Origin: Callorhinchus milii
Taxonomy: Eukaryota
NCBI RefSeq assembly: GCF_018977255.1
Contig: NW_024704742.1
Coordinates: 107,882,001 to 107,946,000 of the forward strand
Direction: 5' to 3'
DNA length: 64,000 bases
This document shows positions 60,325 through 64,000 of this stretch, piece by piece (position 1 is the first letter of the stretch; every line of letters begins with the position of its first letter). The notes below the pieces were generated by a model that worked only from the letters and a program-made list of their open reading frames with translations, had not been told where the DNA came from and did no database searches. The translations under genes were made by a program, and so were the position numbers.

Positions 60325-61290
60325 CGTTCCTCAGGGCTCTGTCCTTGGTTCCCTCCTTTTCAATATTCATATGCTCCCTCTTGGTAACATCATCCGCAGA
60401 CATGGGGTTAACTCCATTTGTATGCGGATGACTCTCTCTCTCTGCCTCCACCCTTGACTCCAGGACCACTGCTGTGCTGACAGAGTGTCTGTCAGACATC
60501 AAGTCCTGGATAAGAGCTCACTTTCTTCAGTTGAACCTCAACGAGACCGAGGCCCTCCTGATTGGCCCTCGTCAGCACCTCCTCACCTCAGGCACTGACA
60601 GCATCACCATCCATGGTTGCACACTCCACCTCACTGAGGGAGTCCAGAACCTTGGCATCTTGTTTGACCCCCAACTATCCTTTTTACCCCACATCCATGC
60701 CATGACCTTCCCCCACCTCTGAACATCGCCAGGCTCCGCCACTGTCTCACACCGCAGGCCGCCAAAATCCTCATACAGGCATTCATTACATCCCGGCTTG
60801 ACTGTAAACTACCTGCTTGTTGGCCTCCACAACTCCTTCCTCCACAAGCTGCAGATCATCCAGAACACTGCAGCCCATGTCCTCTCCTGCACCAGGCTCT
60901 GTGACCCTATCATCCCCATCCTCGCCTGACTCCACTGGCTTCCCATCACACAGAGGATACAGTTCAAGAACTTCGTCCTCCCCTTCAAAGCCCTCCATGG
61001 CCTTGCTTCCCTCTACCTCTACCAACCTGCCCGCTCCCTCTGCTCAGCGGGCACGACTGGCGTGCGAACTTTAAGCCACTCTGCCCCCACCCTCTGGAAG
61101 TCCATTCCGCAGTCCCTCCGCCTCGCCCCCTCCTTTGCCTCCTTCAAGAATCTCCTCTTCAACCGTGCCTTCAATCATCCTCCTTCCCACACTGCCCTCC
61201 ACCCTCCCTGATCCCAACCCCCAGCTCAGATCCGAAACACTGATTGTCCAACGCCTTGGGCCATACACAGGTAATTTTATTGTTGTTATC
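60325..61290 (+). mobile_element. L2-clade LINE, 5'-truncated, frameshifted
   Basis: [23 protein letters not shown]; closely similar to 2120-3140. Confidence 0.9.
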
Positions 61291-63700
61291 TGCAGGGTTT
61301 GATATTTATGAATTATTTTTGAATCCAGTTGCAAATACTGTCATATCTAAAGTAATGCAAAAATAGCATCTCAATGTGAAGCTGAATGAAGCCGATGTAT
61401 ACAACACTATCCTGAATCCCTAGGAGCATTCTCCACCTTGAAGGAGGGGAGGGGGTGGGGAGTTTAAGGGAAAACCTTTGACCCCATTGATACATTTTAT
61501 AAATGGAATCAAATTTGTGGAGGATTATGGCATTAAGAGGTCACCTCACCTTTTCTTCCATTACCTGTAGGGTAGAAATAGCTTTGCTTTCTGTGGACAA
61601 AAATCATTTCTAGATGACTCAACTTCTGTTTGCCATTCCCTCATAAAATTAATTGTGGATTAAGTCCTACAAAATACAGTCACTGCATTTTGCTGTGTAT
61701 TCTGTGAAGCACTTTGAGACATCTCCCCGACATAAAAGGCATTCTTTCAATTAAAAGGAATATTATTATCATCTCTTACAAATTATTTGGACACTTACTT
61801 CCTTGCAGTACACTGGAGCTGTCTTGCTGTGTGAGACCGTGTTGATTTCTGCCATACACTGTGATGCTCAGCTGGTGTAAGCATATGGCTTTTTGATACA
61901 GTAATTGTCTCTTTTCTATAAACTGCTTCACTGAAGCATCGTACTCACACTCCAGAAATGTTGTTCACACTTCATTTGCATTTTGCTAGGCATTGTCTGT
62001 TACTGTGCTTGGAAATAAAAAGACTGATTCCCTCACTAAGATGAATTGTTCATTTTTGTGTTGTTAGTTAAACAGAATTCTTGACTGGTAGTAATCCATG
62101 CTTTAGAGTTTGGGGGGTTGTTGGATTTTGATACTCTTACTTGCACTTAAAACACCCTCAATGCTCACAAATAGAATTATCCCATTGTATCCCCAAAGAG
62201 TTGGATAAGAGAAAGTACTAAATCACCTTTGCATTTTTGAGTAATTATAGTAGCACTGATGTGGACAATGGAATAACGTATGGTCCAATATACTAATTGT
62301 TCTTAGCATGCTAATCTGTGAAAGAACCCAAAAGGCAAAGAATTGTCCAGTTTGGTGAAAACGTATATTTAGTTAGTAACAGAGATGCAAACACAGTGGG
62401 CTGCTCTGAACATGCTCACTTCAAATAGGGGATCACAATGTTTGATGATCAGAAAACATCTAATGAAGTTTGGTATTAATTCTGGCAAATAATTTATAAG
62501 CTCTTCAGGGGTAAGTTGGTATTTCCAACTTAAAATGACATTGTCTGCACCTAAATCCTTCTTCCAGTACAGTTTTCGTTTTACAGCAGAACCGAGTTAT
62601 AGGGGGCTTCATCGGTGTGGATCTCAACATTTATACAGTCAAAATATACAGTCAATCCACTTTACAATATATTCTGTGAAGCACTTTGAGACGTCTCAAC
62701 GACGTGATAAGTCGCTATATCAACTGCAAGGATTGTTATTATTATTTACTTACCCCAAAAATCCAAAATGCTGCACTGGCTCTATATGCTCTTTAGTAAG
62801 CAGGCTGGCGTGCAAGAAATGCCAAGCTTCAAGGCAGCAGCATCATTTTCTCCGTATTGTGACTGCACATGCGGATGATTTTGAAATACCGACGTTGTTG
62901 GCTGTCTTTCTGTGCATGTGCGCAATGAATGAAGAAGCTTTGGATTGCTATCATGTCGCATTTTAGCACAGTTTTTAGTATTTTATGGACTGTAACTACA
63001 AAATACCAATGTATTCAGAATCGAGATAAAGACTGAAATCTGCAATTCAGTTGAGTTTAAGAGCCAGACAGGTAGTATGAGGGAGGGAAGACTGTTAGTG
63101 GTAGGGAGCTTCACAAGCTACAGGTACCAGAAAAAGAATGAGTTGGAATATAATACAGTGAGTTTTGAATTGAGCAGTGGGAATGCCGGGTGGGGGGGGG
63201 GGGGGGGGCGCGTTATGCAGCTCAACACATTTGAAGCTTGGGAAACGCTAGAGAGGAAAGTTAGAAGGAGCGGAGGCAAAATAAAGAGAAAGAGATAAAG
63301 GACAAGAAACATTTTGATAGAGAAAGGATGGAGGCTGCAAGTGAGGAAGGCTCACTCATCCGACAACAAACTCTTTATCCTGTCCAGGAATGCAAAAGAC
63401 ACATTGGTAGAATCTCCCTAGATACAGGACAAGTCATCAAGTCTTGTAAAACATGGACCTGATAGAGAATTAAGAGTCACTCAGAATAAAAGATAACAGT
63501 TTGGCACAAAAGGAGCCAAACCTCTTGAAGGTTATTTTACTAATGGGGAGATATGAGAGTTCTATTTGAGGTCAAAGGAGATGTTGATGGTTAAGCAGTA
63601 TTAGGAGTGAAGCCACCAGAAGTATATTACATGGTGCATGGAATGGGGCATTACAAATGACAAATCATTCAACTTTCACTGAATTAGGTTTGATCATACA

Positions 63701-64000
63701 GTGGAGTCCTGTAGCTCAGTGGTTAGAGCACTCGCCTCGCAAGCAAGAGACTTGGGTTCAATTCCCAGCAGGGCGAAATGTTGAGCAAGTTTCCTTACTC
63801 CACATGCCTCTGTTTACCTTGCAGTAAGTAGGAACCTGGTTGTTAGTCGATTGGTAGATCACTTTTCCGGGGGTAATAATTCCTTAAGAAAAATTGTTAA
63901 TCCAATCCATGACTGTTTATACACTGCTGTGCGCAATTGACTGCTGTGTTTCGCCCACAAAATATACAGTCAATTCACTTTACAGTATATTCTGTGAAGT
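63701..64000 (+). mobile_element. tRNA-Ala SINE (long type), cut by the window end
   Basis: GTGGAGTCCTGTAGCTCAGTGGTTAGAGCACTCGCCTCGCAAGC. Confidence 0.9.

Overview
Vertebrate genomic DNA, most likely from a cartilaginous fish and plausibly a compact-genome holocephalan. This is inferred from SacSINE1/Deu-like SINEs, shark-type CR1 tails and short introns. The window holds two convergent protein-coding genes. (1) The 3' part of CHD1 on the + strand: 19 phase-consistent GT-AG coding exons from 4970 to the TAA at 28087 (974 aa; helicase C-lobe, SANT-SLIDE DNA-binding region, CHCT, HSDHR tail), with a 3' UTR to about 29460. (2) A complete RGMB on the - strand: three coding exons (51259-51154, 48952-48396, 46217-45552; 442 aa), a probable non-coding first exon (about 52210-51853) and a GC-box/CCAAT/NRF1 promoter near 52220-52370. 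The remainder is L2 and CR1 LINE fragments, a tRNA-Ala-derived SINE with an L2 tail, older Deu/SacSINE1-like SINEs, an unclassified retroelement family and large microsatellite fields. I found no evidence of a wholly new gene system. The best leads are complementary UG/CA arrays bracketing the RGMB start-codon exon, near-perfect TE-derived hairpins between the genes, an inverted young L2 pair around three CHD1 exons, an unclassified repeat family, a KE-rich cassette-like exon and an expanded HSDHR repeat in CHD1. All coordinates were read by eye; repeat boundaries are approximate.
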